From Enoplolaimus lenunculus (taxonomy: Eukaryota): a DNA stretch of 64,000 nt. A program made the position numbers and the translations under genes. Below are positions 1 to 10,017 of this stretch, one piece after another. The stretch is taken from positions 496,001 through 560,000 of the forward strand of contig JASANG010002092.1 in the NCBI GenBank assembly GCA_030248215.1. Reading direction: 5' to 3'. The notes under the pieces are model-generated. The model was given only the letters and a program-made list of their open reading frames with translations. It searched no databases and had not been told where the DNA came from. Every line of letters begins with the position of its first letter. The stretch's first letter is position 1.

Positions 1-516
1 AAACTGGAAGATAATCCAGCTATGCTTTTCGTTGCCCAAAATATGAACAACTACATTTTATAGTCTTCGCGTTGCTCAAACCGTAGTAAAGTTGCTATAC
101 TGTTTTACGCTCAAAATTAGTCGTAAATCACGTAAATATTGTACTAACCAGCAATTCGGCCATGTAAAGATCAGGGGCGAACGTTTTTCTGTGGGACTAG
201 AATAGAGTAAGCTTAAGGTTTAGACTAATTTTTTGCCTGGCTTAGGCTAAGGTATATACTTTAATGCTGTTCCACCCCTGTTCTATACATTGGCCAACAA
301 TTCTAACATATATGCGCAGTGCAAAATCTCAACAAGACGCGAGAGCCTATTGAGCTCGAGCGTCAACCTATTGCTGAGAGTGGTCATCGTATACCTCACA
401 CCCAAGAGACTGGGGATCAAATCTAATAGTGAGCATAACGGGAATTCTGGTCACCGATTTTTACTGGACACGGATACCCGGATACAGTCTGCCGTGTGCA
501 TAATATGTTGCATATA

Positions 517-717
517 CACTGCAAAAAATGGTGAGTCAAATTGACTCTCTCCGAAATAGGCTTTTTCTGATTACACAAACTGAGTCAAAGTTTGACTCCG
601 CCTGAGTCACGTTCGACACAATTTGACTCTGGTGGAGTCGAATTTTGACTCAGTTTGTGTAAGTCAGAAAAAGCCTATTTCAGAGAGAGTCAATTTGACT
701 CACCATTTTTTGCAGTG
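517..717. mobile_element. MITE with CACTG termini, TA flanks (CACTA/EnSpm-like)
   Basis: Long TIRs CACTGCAAAAAATGGTGAGTCAAATTGACTCTCT...; TA on both sides. Confidence 0.8.
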
Positions 718-2546
718 TACATAAAATTTTTGTCAGTGGTCTCTTGTTGATTGCGTTAACACAGTATAATGCAGATCATACGGAAGTATTTTGAGTTACA
801 CTTCTAATGCATGGGCACCCCCAAACTTGTGTCGCAACTTTATCTAGCTTCAATTTGAAAATTAGATCTCAACAATCTGCATTTGCTGTGCACCAAAAGT
901 TGTTTTACACATACTTCTGTATAAAATTCAATTTTTTAGTTTTAAAACAATTAATTTTGCGCCGCCCACTGATAGTTTATACGCAAGCAATGCAATTGAG
1001 CAAGTTGCATGATGCAAGTATACGGTCAGAATGTAAAGCGAACACTAACATTTTTTGTGTTGTTTGTTACATTTGAGATTGTTTTTTTACTTTTAATTAC
1101 TAATCCAACAGTGTCTTCTGGATGTTTTTCGAGCTCCTATAGAATTTTTCAATTTTTAACGACTTCTTATCAATTATAGCTTTATGAAATAATAAATATG
1201 CAACTGCGACCAGCAATTCTAATTTTTGTACTTCTTTCAATGGGTAAGTACATCGAATCGAGTTGTTTGCATACAAATGTATGCTTTACACGCTAAGTGT
1301 GTTTCAAGAAGTGTTTTAATTGTTATTGGTATTAACATTATTGGACAATCTTAGTTTTAACTGAATGTGTTCTGAAAAATTATCTGTAAAATTCAGTTAA
1401 TGACGTTGCGTAAAATCCCCATGAATACTTATTCACAATTTCTGCAATACATCTTAGTACATAGCGTCTCTCTGAGCAGTGCAAATGTCAATTTGAATTT
1501 TAAACCACCCTGTACGTAAGGTTAATTGTACCATGCCTCATATAGTTACGAACCGTGCTACAACCACCGTGCCTTTAGTGCATAACTGTTCCGCACACTT
1601 AATGCACTGTTAATGGATACCCCAGCATGCCTTAACCGTTTGATGCCCGGTTATAATGCACGTTGCAGCATGCCTTAGTTGTGTCTCAAATGAGCCGAAC
1701 GGCTATGCCGCACAGCATGGCTGTATACGAATGAAAACAACACACTAATTTATAAAATTTTAACACGCCAGTCAGGTTTTTTCCGGCTGTCCTGTTTTAA
1801 ACGCTAATTCACACCCCGAACCAGCGCGAATCAAGTAAAATCCTTCTAAGACATCCACTAAAGTTTCCCTAAGGGTATAAACTCAAGTTTTTAACCCTCT
1901 GTTGATTACTAGTGCTCAATGGGTCTGTTGTGCAATGGGGCCAAGCTGAAATTTAAGTTTTTTGCAGGAATAGAATGGGTATGAGCATACATGTTGAACA
2001 GATTGGTATGAAAAAACTCCAAAAAATCATAAAATTTTCACGAGTAGTATAAATGAATCCCCTTTAAGCTAACAATAAAAGTTGCCCCCTTAGTTGAAGG
2101 GCGGAAAACTTGACTTAATCCGCAGGCTCTGTATGCAAGAGAGTTGTGGTTATAAAACAATTTTAGAATCGGCGTGTCTGGAGTTCTCTGGGCTTACACG
2201 TAGGTGTTAAATTTATCTAGGGGTGACGAAAATTTTGTAAGAGGTCTGAGCAACCCATGCCCCTCTCTGCTGCGGGCCCGTGATAGTTAGTCAGTTTATT
2301 CAAGAGACCAAACATTGTTCTTTCTGGGACCGTGGTACCAGTCAGTTGTATCACGGCTTATTGTCCTTACGAAGCAGAAACGCGCGCTGCTAAGCTTGCT
2401 TCAAGAGTGTGTTTCACTCGGGCATCGCTTTCGTGCTGTGCAAGTGACTCAAGAGCTCGCACAGCGCACTCGTACAGAACTCGTGCTATCGCACTTGTTC
2501 CATACTTGTGCGTACACTCGTTCTTTATTCACTTGCACAGTAAGAT

Positions 2547-4655
2547 TGTAGAGATGTGGCTCCGTTTACTGACTCGAATTCGTAATGAAATAGTTAGAGT
2601 CTCACAGCCGGAGCACATCTGATAAGATGCGTGGGTGAGTTAGCCGCACAGGTTTATGGCCTTTTGGGCTTAATCGGAAATGACCCTGGGAGCGTTGCCA
2701 CTGATCTGTGGCCCCGCTGTCCGGTCGGTCATGATCTCAAAAGTTGCGGCACAGAATATTTATAGGGGAGAGAGCTTGCTACAGCGGTGCGCATGTACTA
2801 ATATGCCTTTGAGATGCTTAACTGAGCGGAGGCTGCGGATGCGCTGCGACGTTGCGGATGCTAAGCTGGGGTTGTCCAAGTCAGATCTGACTTGGGCAGG
2901 GCAGATTTGCCCGATGTTCTTGTGATCCTAAAACCTTGAGTCCTGCAAACTCCCTGATATGTTGTCGATACTCACCGGGTGTTGCCAAGTCAGGTCTGAC
3001 TTGGGTGGACAGATTTGCCCGGGTTTGTTTTTTGTTTTGTTGTTTCTCTTCACCCTTTTTGGGTGTGTTTGCTTTCTTTTCCTTTTGTTTCCTTTTTCTT
3101 TTCTGTTTTGCTGCTTTGCAGCTTTCTTTCTTCGGTTGTTCCCAACCGGTAACTAATTTGCATAAAATTTTCACTTTTACAAAATGTTATAAAAATTTAT
3201 GCAAATTGCCTTATCAATATGCAAATCAGATATCCTATTAGCTGAAATTTTCAGCTATAAAAGAAGCTGAAAATTTGACTTGAGTGCATTCAGGGATTAC
3301 TTACAACATTTATGTGATATAATTTGTCTAGTTAACTTTAATGGCTCAAAAACCAGACCAAAGGAAATCGGTGCCGTCTTTTCAAGCATTGGGAGCGGAC
3401 ATACGCGCTACCTGCTCAACCTCTACGGATCTCAACCCTGATGCGGATGAATTTCGCCCCTCCAGCTCCGGTGTTCGGCAGGCGATCGCCCTGCCGGCAC
3501 CGGTGCCCAAGTCAGCCAGCGCACCTAGTGCGGAACGGGAAACCGATGAGGTAATTGTTAGTCAGCTTGTTATATTTCGCTTTGCTAGTTTTCATCTTTT
3601 TCTGCCATAAATGGCCTTTCGACGTTTAGTGCATTTATATTCTTTTAATAAAGTGTTCACGGAGCCGGTGTAATTTTTGTAAGCAAACGTAAATTGTCCC
3701 TGCGAAATTAGTATCCGATATTCAACCCTCATTTTTCGACTATCTATCTCGAGTAGGAGTAAAACACACACATAGGAGTTGTATGCATAGCCTGGGCTGA
3801 TCTGCCCCAGGCAAGGTGGATAATCGTATGACTGGCGGACAGTGATTTTTCGCACTCCTTATAGTCAAAGGGTTTGGTCAAGTAACTTTAGTTAACCCTA
3901 AGTTAGTATTGCGCACTTGCTCCTAAGCTTAGTTAAAACTCCTTAGCTTAAGTTATTATTCCCTTCGGGGCGGTGCGCGGCTCGCCGTCATGCAGCCGGA
4001 CGGGTCCGCCAGGTATCCGGTCATCCACCTGGTGTCTAATGTGCAAGCCGCTATCGCGGCCTGTTTTATCGGCCCGGTTCCGTAGAAGTCCCCCATCTTT
4101 TGTGTGGCAGTGATGTGTGATTATTTTGTCCCGTGTAAGCCCACCGTAATAGCTGGGAGGTCCCGCCTTCATCTCTCAGGGTGGCAGTAAAAGGGCGTTT
4201 TATCGTAGCACCCCTTTCGCCGACGCGTCGCATCCTCCTACGGAACCGGACCCGCGGCTTTGCCGCCTAATAAAGGCGGCTAGGATTCGGCTGATCCACT
4301 CATAGGGGTGTATCTGATGAGTGTGATCACTCGGGGTTTAGGGACATCCGTCTGGGAGCCTGGCTGTCCATCGCGCGAAGCCTGCTGTATGGAAACTCGT
4401 TGGTGGGATCCACGCTGGCGAGTTTCCTGAATGCGGGCGGGACGGTCACTCCTCGTCGGAGGTTCGGACTCTGTTTGTTCGCTCTTATTGCATACACACT
4501 GGACCCTGTGGATTTCGCGATTACCTCCAAGGATGTCGACCCAGGATGTACCCACTCCGGACATGGGAGACCTCTCGTCCTGGTTAAAGGTAACATCAAG
4601 TAAAGTTAAGGGAGCTGAGAGTGGGCAGCATTCAATTTTCACCTTTAGCTTTACA
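2547..4655 (+). repeat. 5' LTR (2109 bp)
   Basis: Near-identical to 6651-8862 (roughly 25-30 substitutions counted by eye) but lacks a ~104-bp segment after 3284. Confidence 0.93.
3341..3610 (+). CDS. LTR-borne short ORF/first exon with PAM2-like motif (copy 1)
   Basis: ATG downstream of TATA; STDLNPDADEFRP at 3422-3460; donor GAG|GTAATT after codon 70 (3551); ORF intact in both LTRs. Confidence 0.4.
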   Translation: MAQKPDQRKSVPSFQALGADIRATCSTSTDLNPDADEFRPSSSGVRQAIALPAPVPKSASAPSAERETDEVIVSQLVIFRFASFHLFLP

Positions 4656-5138
4656 TGGGAGCTACTCAGTTCTCATGTAATGGTGGACATTCTTTCGTTT
4701 TCGCATGACCCGGAATCCGTAACTTGGATCAGTCTCGTCCAAACAATGTGCAAGACGTACGTCTATATATAGGATATCCTACCCCCTTCTATAGTAATCG
4801 CCCCCTTTATATTTTATGTATTGTAAATAAGTTTTAGGTTCCTAATTAAATTTTACAAACCTTATTTTACCCGTTATACAATAGCTAATGGCAAAATTTT
4901 TTTAAAATTTCAGAGCAAATAACAATAAATGAAACAAGATTCTTTCTAATTTCGTGTACAAACCCCCTTAAAAGAAAGGGGGATAAACCCAAAAAAAATT
5001 TATTCCATGACCATGGACAAAAACGTTTCTTGAAATATCATGATAACTTTTAGATCTCCGATCATTTCGATCTCATCATATATCTCATAATTTTACTTCT
5101 TCTTTGTGAAATAAATTATTTTTAGTTATAGTTTCTAG

Positions 5139-6170
5139 CTGTTCGCCTAACACATAATTCTCCAAGGAATCACTCGTGTGTTCACTTACTCACCAATTGT
5201 ACTATACTGGGGATAATGGGACAAACAACGATTTACTACGGGGTACGATCGTATCGCCGCCGATGTTTGACAATTATTCAACATCGGATTTGGAACTTCA
5301 CGTCCTGATTGCTGGTAGATGCCGTCGTAAATAAAGAAGAGTTTGGTTTAGGACTCAAGCTTTCGGTAAGCACAATTTCTGTATTTGTTATCGATAATAT
5401 TGCTAATGGTCTATAATTTACTATTAATCAAAATGTTTATTGCATTATTGAATCAAATGACTTTATAAATAAAAGAACAGCATTTTCAAATCGTAGTCCA
5501 CATTTTTAATACCAATCGAGATGAAGCGGTCTGCATTGTAGCAACTAATAGATGGCCATACGATTGTATGGTTAGGACGTATATTTCAATGTGTTTGCTA
5601 TAACAAACGTACTAGCACAAGATGTGAGGGCTTGCGCGATCGCGCTGTTAGTAATGGCTGTACTGGTAATGTATTTATTACGGTCCTAAATGTTTGTTTA
5701 ATCTTACAGAAACAATTGTTTTGGCGGTACTACGTGCGTGTCTATATTGGAACGTATTCAACCGTTGCGCTTTTATGTACATTCAAAAACAGTATGTTGA
5801 TGATTTCTATGCCTGGGACCCAATCGGGCACACTGCATGCACAGCGAAACAAATACAATGCAAAATGTAGTGTCATGGGTGGCAAATACGGTTGCGATGT
5901 TTCTACTCGGGTGGGCATAGGCAGGACTATTCATCAATAATGACATTTGAAGTATTCATACGACTTAATGATTTTATATCCTCAACTGTGACAAAATGGA
6001 CTTTATCACGGCATAAAAGCTGAAATTGTTGATGTTATTTGCAGAAGTGGGTAATGGTATATGGGTGACATGTTGGTTAGCCGTTCGTGCTGGCTGGAAA
6101 TGATCAGTTGTAATGATTAGTCACGGCTTTCTGAAAAGACTTGTCGAAAACTGGCTTGCCCATTAGTACG
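5139..6170 (+). pseudogene. Decayed host-like exons (EGF-like, TSP1-like, possibly CUB-like) inside the LTR element
   Basis: Segments bounded by AG/GT read FQCVCYNKRTSTRCEGLRDRAVSNGCTG (~5584-5665), NAKCSVMGGKYGC (~5860-5895) and SRSC...KTCRKLACP (~6080-6163), with stops and frameshifts. Confidence 0.45.
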
Positions 6171-7258
6171 TAAAATAGGTTATCTTATGTACATATTGTT
6201 ATACAATTTGTGTTTCTTTAATATGTTTTAGATATTGTTAAGTTTGATAGGACTTTTCTTCATTAATTTTGGGTTGTTTTACACCAAGTTTGTTATTTTC
6301 AAGCTAAAATTTTACCTTTCACTGTCAGATTTGTAGGAATTCAACACATGTTCCCTAATATTTACAATTTTCTAAAAATTCTATTTTAATTTTCAATATT
6401 TTCTACAAAATTGGCTGTAGCATTTGCAAGTTGTAGCGATCTTTTGCAGCGGTTCTTATTCAATCTATTTGAAACATCACGTATATAGGCCGGCTCGGAT
6501 CCGAGCCGTCTTTGAGCATGGCTGCCGCAGCTCTCTCGGTCGGGTGGGTCAACGCGCCCACATCTACTGATTCCCTTTGCCTTTTGGATAGTTTCAATAG
6601 TTGCAGAACGCAACTCCCGATGAGGACATCGGGCTTAAAAGAAAGGGGGATGTAGAGATGTGGCTGCGTTTACCGACTCGAATTCGTAATGAAATACTTA
6701 GAGTCTCACAGCCGGAGCACATCTGATAAGATGTGTGGGTGAGTTAGCCGCACAGGTTTATGGCCTTTTGGGCTTAATCGGAAATGACCCTGGGAGCGTT
6801 GCCACTGATCTGTGGCCCCGCTGTCCGGTCGGTCATGATCTCAAAAGTTGCGGCACAGAATATTTATAGGGGAGAGAGCTTGCTACAGCGGTGCGCATGT
6901 ACTAATATGCCTTTGAGATGCTTAACTGAGCGGAGGCTGCGGATGCGCTGCGACGTTGCGGATGCTAAGCTGGGGTTGCCCAAGTCAGATCTGACTTGGG
7001 CAGGGCAGATTTGCCCGATGTTCTTGTGATCCTAAAACCTTGAGCCCTGCAAACTCCCTGATATGTTGTCGATACTCACCGGGTGTTGCCAAGTCAGGTC
7101 TGACTTGGGTGGACAGATTTGCCCGGTTTGTTTTTTGTTTTGTTGTTTCTCTTCACCCTTTTTGGGTGTGTTTGCTTTCTTTTCCTTTTGTTTCCTTTTT
7201 CTTTTCTGTTTTGCTGCTTTGCAGCTTTCTTTTTTCGGTTGTTTCCAACCGGTAACTA

Positions 7259-7396
7259 ATTTGCATAAAATTTTCACTTTTACAAAATGTTATAAAAATT
7301 TATGCAAATTGCCTTCTCAATATGCAAATCAGATATCCTATTAGCTGAAATTTTCAGCTATAAAAGAAGCTGAAAATTTGACTTGAGAGCGCAGTT
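7259..7396 (+). promoter_or_regulatory. Putative LTR promoter: three octamer motifs, TATA box and Inr-like site
   Basis: ATTTGCAT (~7259), ATGCAAAT (~7302, ~7322), TATAAAA (7359) and GCAGTT (7391). The equivalent sites in the 5' LTR (3156-3262) lack the Inr-like segment. Confidence 0.5.
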
Positions 7397-7547
7397 GTCA
7401 CTTTTGGTTTGTAGCGCTGCTATATTTTTACCGTTTGCTTTGTAGTTTTAAATAAACTGTTTTCATGTTTTTCCTCGGGTTTTAACCCAATTGCATTCAG
7501 GGATTACTTACAACATTTATGTGATATAATTTGTCTAGTTAACTTTA

Positions 7548-7817
7548 ATGGCTCAAAAACCAGACCAAAATAAATCGGTGCCGTCTTTTCAAGCGTTGGG
7601 AGCGGACATACGCGCTACCTGCTCAACCTCTACGGATCTCAACCCTGATGCGGATGAATTTCGCCCCTCCAGCTCCGGTGTTCGGCAGGCGATCGCCCTG
7701 CCGGCACCGGTGCCCAAGTCAGCCAGCGCACCTAGTGCGGAACGGGAAACCGATGAGGTAATTGTTAGTCAGCTTGTTATATTTCGCTTTGCTAGTTTTC
7801 ATCTTTTTCTGCCATAA
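7548..7817 (+). CDS. LTR-borne short ORF/first exon with PAM2-like motif (copy 2)
   Basis: Same ORF as 3341-3610 with one amino-acid change (R8N) and a silent change; donor at 7758. Confidence 0.4.
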   Translation: MAQKPDQNKSVPSFQALGADIRATCSTSTDLNPDADEFRPSSSGVRQAIALPAPVPKSASAPSAERETDEVIVSQLVIFRFASFHLFLP

Positions 7818-9241
7818 ATGGCCTTTCGACGTTTAGTGCATTTATATTCTTTTAATAAAGTGTTCACGGAGCCGGTGTAATTTTTGTAAGCAAACGTAAA
7901 TTGTCCCTGCGAAATTAGTATCCGATATTCAACCCTCATTTTTCGACTATCTATCTCGAGTAGGAGTAAAACACACATATAGAAGTTGTATGCATAGCCT
8001 GGGCTGATCTGCCCCAGGCAAGGTGGATAATCGTATGACTGGCGGACAGTGATTTTTCGCACTCCTTATAGTCAAAGGGTTTGGTCAAGTAACTTTAGTT
8101 AACCCTAAGTTAGTATTGCGCACGTACTCCTAAGCTTAGTTAAAACTCCTTAGCTTAAGTTATTATTCCCTTCGGGACGGTGCGCAGCTCGCCGTCATGC
8201 AGCCGGACGGGTCCGCCAGGTATCCGGTCATCCACCTGGTGTCTAATGTGCAAGCCGCTATCGCGGCCTGTTTTATCGGCCCGGTTCCGTAGAAGTCCCC
8301 CATCTTTTGTGTGGCAGTGATGTGTGATTATTTTGTCCCGTGTAAGCCCACCGTAATAGCTGGGAGGTCCCGCCTTCATCTCTCAGGGTGGCAGTAAAAG
8401 GGCGTTTTATCGTAGCACCCCTTTCGCCGACGCGTCGCATCCTCCTACGGAACCGGACCCGCGGCTTTGCCGCCCAATAAAGGCGGCTAGGATTCGGCTG
8501 ATCCACTCATAGGGGTGTATCTGATGAGTGTGATCACTCGGGGTTTAGGGACATCCATCTGGGAGCCTGGCTGTCCATCGCGCGAAGCCTGCTGTATGGA
8601 AACTCGATGGTGGGATCCACGCTGGCGAGTTTCCTGAATGCGGGCGGGACGGTCACTCCTCGTCGGAGGTTCGGACTCTGTTTGTTCGCTCTTATTGCAT
8701 CCACACTGGACCCTGTGGATTTCGCGATTACCTCCAAGGATGTCGACCCAGGATGTACCCAGTCCGGACATGGGAGACCTCTCGTCCTGGTTAAAGGTAA
8801 CATCTAGTAAAGTTAAGGGAGCTGAGAGTGGGCAGCATTCAATTTCCACCTGTAGCTTTACAAAGATAGCGATGTTCTCGTGCACGCACTCGCCTCAGTC
8901 CTTTTGGCTCGTGCCGCACACTTGACGCATCGCAGTAGCATGCGTTCATATCTCAGGAGTACGCAAAGCCGTGCTTCAACTATTACCTATAAATTTTCAG
9001 CTGGTGCGTTCTGAAATTGAGGAAAACTTCAAATTTTGTACTTTGGAATGAGTACGATATTTCTACACACTAAATGGGCCGTATTATAGTGATAAAATAC
9101 AAAATTTTGGTTTTGATTCCATTCGGAGTCAGTGTGCGTGGCTAGCCCCTCGTACATCCGCTAGTGTTTGCTGTGTAACTGCTGCACATCGACTACAGAA
9201 CAATGTTACTTTAAGGGGCGTAACAGTAAATTATGCGTGTT

Positions 9242-9272
9242 CCTAAGCCTAAGCTTAAGCCTAAGCCTAAGC
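9242..9272 (-). repeat. Interstitial TTAGGC telomere-type repeats
   Basis: CCTAAGCCTAAGCTTAAGCCTAAGCCTAAGC; degenerate relatives at ~210-252, 15571-15620 and 26241-26320. Confidence 0.7.
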
Positions 9273-9739
9273 AAAAAATGTAATCTAGAATCTAAACCTA
9301 CTCTTTTATAGATCCAACAGAAACCTGGACGCCCCTGAAAGTAACATGGGCCGACTATAAAATGAAATTTAGCTAAAATTAAGGAAAATGTGTAAGTACG
9401 TTGCTGCAGCAAATATATAAATGCGTTTTAAGCTTTAAAATTGAACCAATTATTATTTATATCAATACAGACACCTAAAATGGGCCATATTTGCATGGTA
9501 TACTTTTATTGAAAACTTTAATTTTTGAGCAAAGCAACGTTATAAAATAAATCAAGTTGAAAGCTTAAAAATCGATTTCACTATAAATTAGTAACCAATC
9601 CCCGCATAACTTACTCATACAAGTCTACTAAACTGGTATAATTTTGTGTACAGTTGGTTAGGACGCGCGTTTACATAAGCAAAATTACGTTATACCACTT
9701 CCACATAGGGTAGATACAATAATCAGCAACTATAAACTA

Positions 9740-9884
9740 CACTGCAAAAAATGGTGAGTCGAATTGACTCTCTCCGAAATAGGCTATTGGGGACTACACT
9801 AACTGAGAGTCAAATTCGACTCCGCTAGAGTCAAATTCGACTCCCCCAGCGTGAAATTTGAGTCACTCACCATTTTTTGCAGTA
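9740..9884. mobile_element. Second, shorter copy of the CACTG MITE
   Basis: CACTGCAAAAAATGGTGAGT ... ACTCACCATTTTTTGCAGT, flanked by TA. Confidence 0.75.
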
Positions 9885-10017
9885 TATATGAAAGTAATTC
9901 TTGGAATCAAGCGTCAAGTCTTTTGGTAAAGATAAACATGTCCTGAAAAATAAAAATGTTCGGCCTCCGAGCCGTATTTTCAAACAGTGAAAATTTATTT
10001 TTATTTTTTGCTTATAG

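Larger units (their letters stand above)
2547..8862 (+). mobile_element. Non-autonomous LTR retrotransposon with very long LTRs (LARD-like, probably Gypsy-derived)
   Basis: Direct repeats 2547-4655 and 6651-8862, both TGTAGAG...CTTTACA. TSD AAGAT at 2542-2546 and 8863-8867. PPT AAAAGAAAGGGGGA at 6637-6650 abuts the 3' LTR, and TGG follows the 5' LTR. No gag/pol ORF inside. Confidence 0.93.
6651..8862 (+). repeat. 3' LTR (2212 bp)
   Basis: Preceded by the PPT, ends in CA, followed by TSD AAGAT; carries an extra segment at ~7388-7491. Confidence 0.93.

Noticed and set aside
2680..3241. Other overlapping ORFs in the LTR (K/Q-rich and F-rich)
   Set aside because: By-products of a T-rich tract; a 1-bp indel between the LTR copies shifts their frames.
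4313..4400. CTGATGA in the LTR as a hammerhead ribozyme core (retrozyme idea)
   Set aside because: The hairpin after CTGATGA is followed by GGGG, not GAAA, and stems I/III cannot be built.
4656..4673. Assignment of the large element's PBS to a specific tRNA
   Set aside because: TGGGAGCTACTC only partly resembles a tRNA-Pro PBS; not enough to call.
2547..8862. Simple segmental tandem duplication or assembly error
   Set aside because: TG...CA termini, PPT, 5-bp TSD and scattered differences identify paired LTRs.
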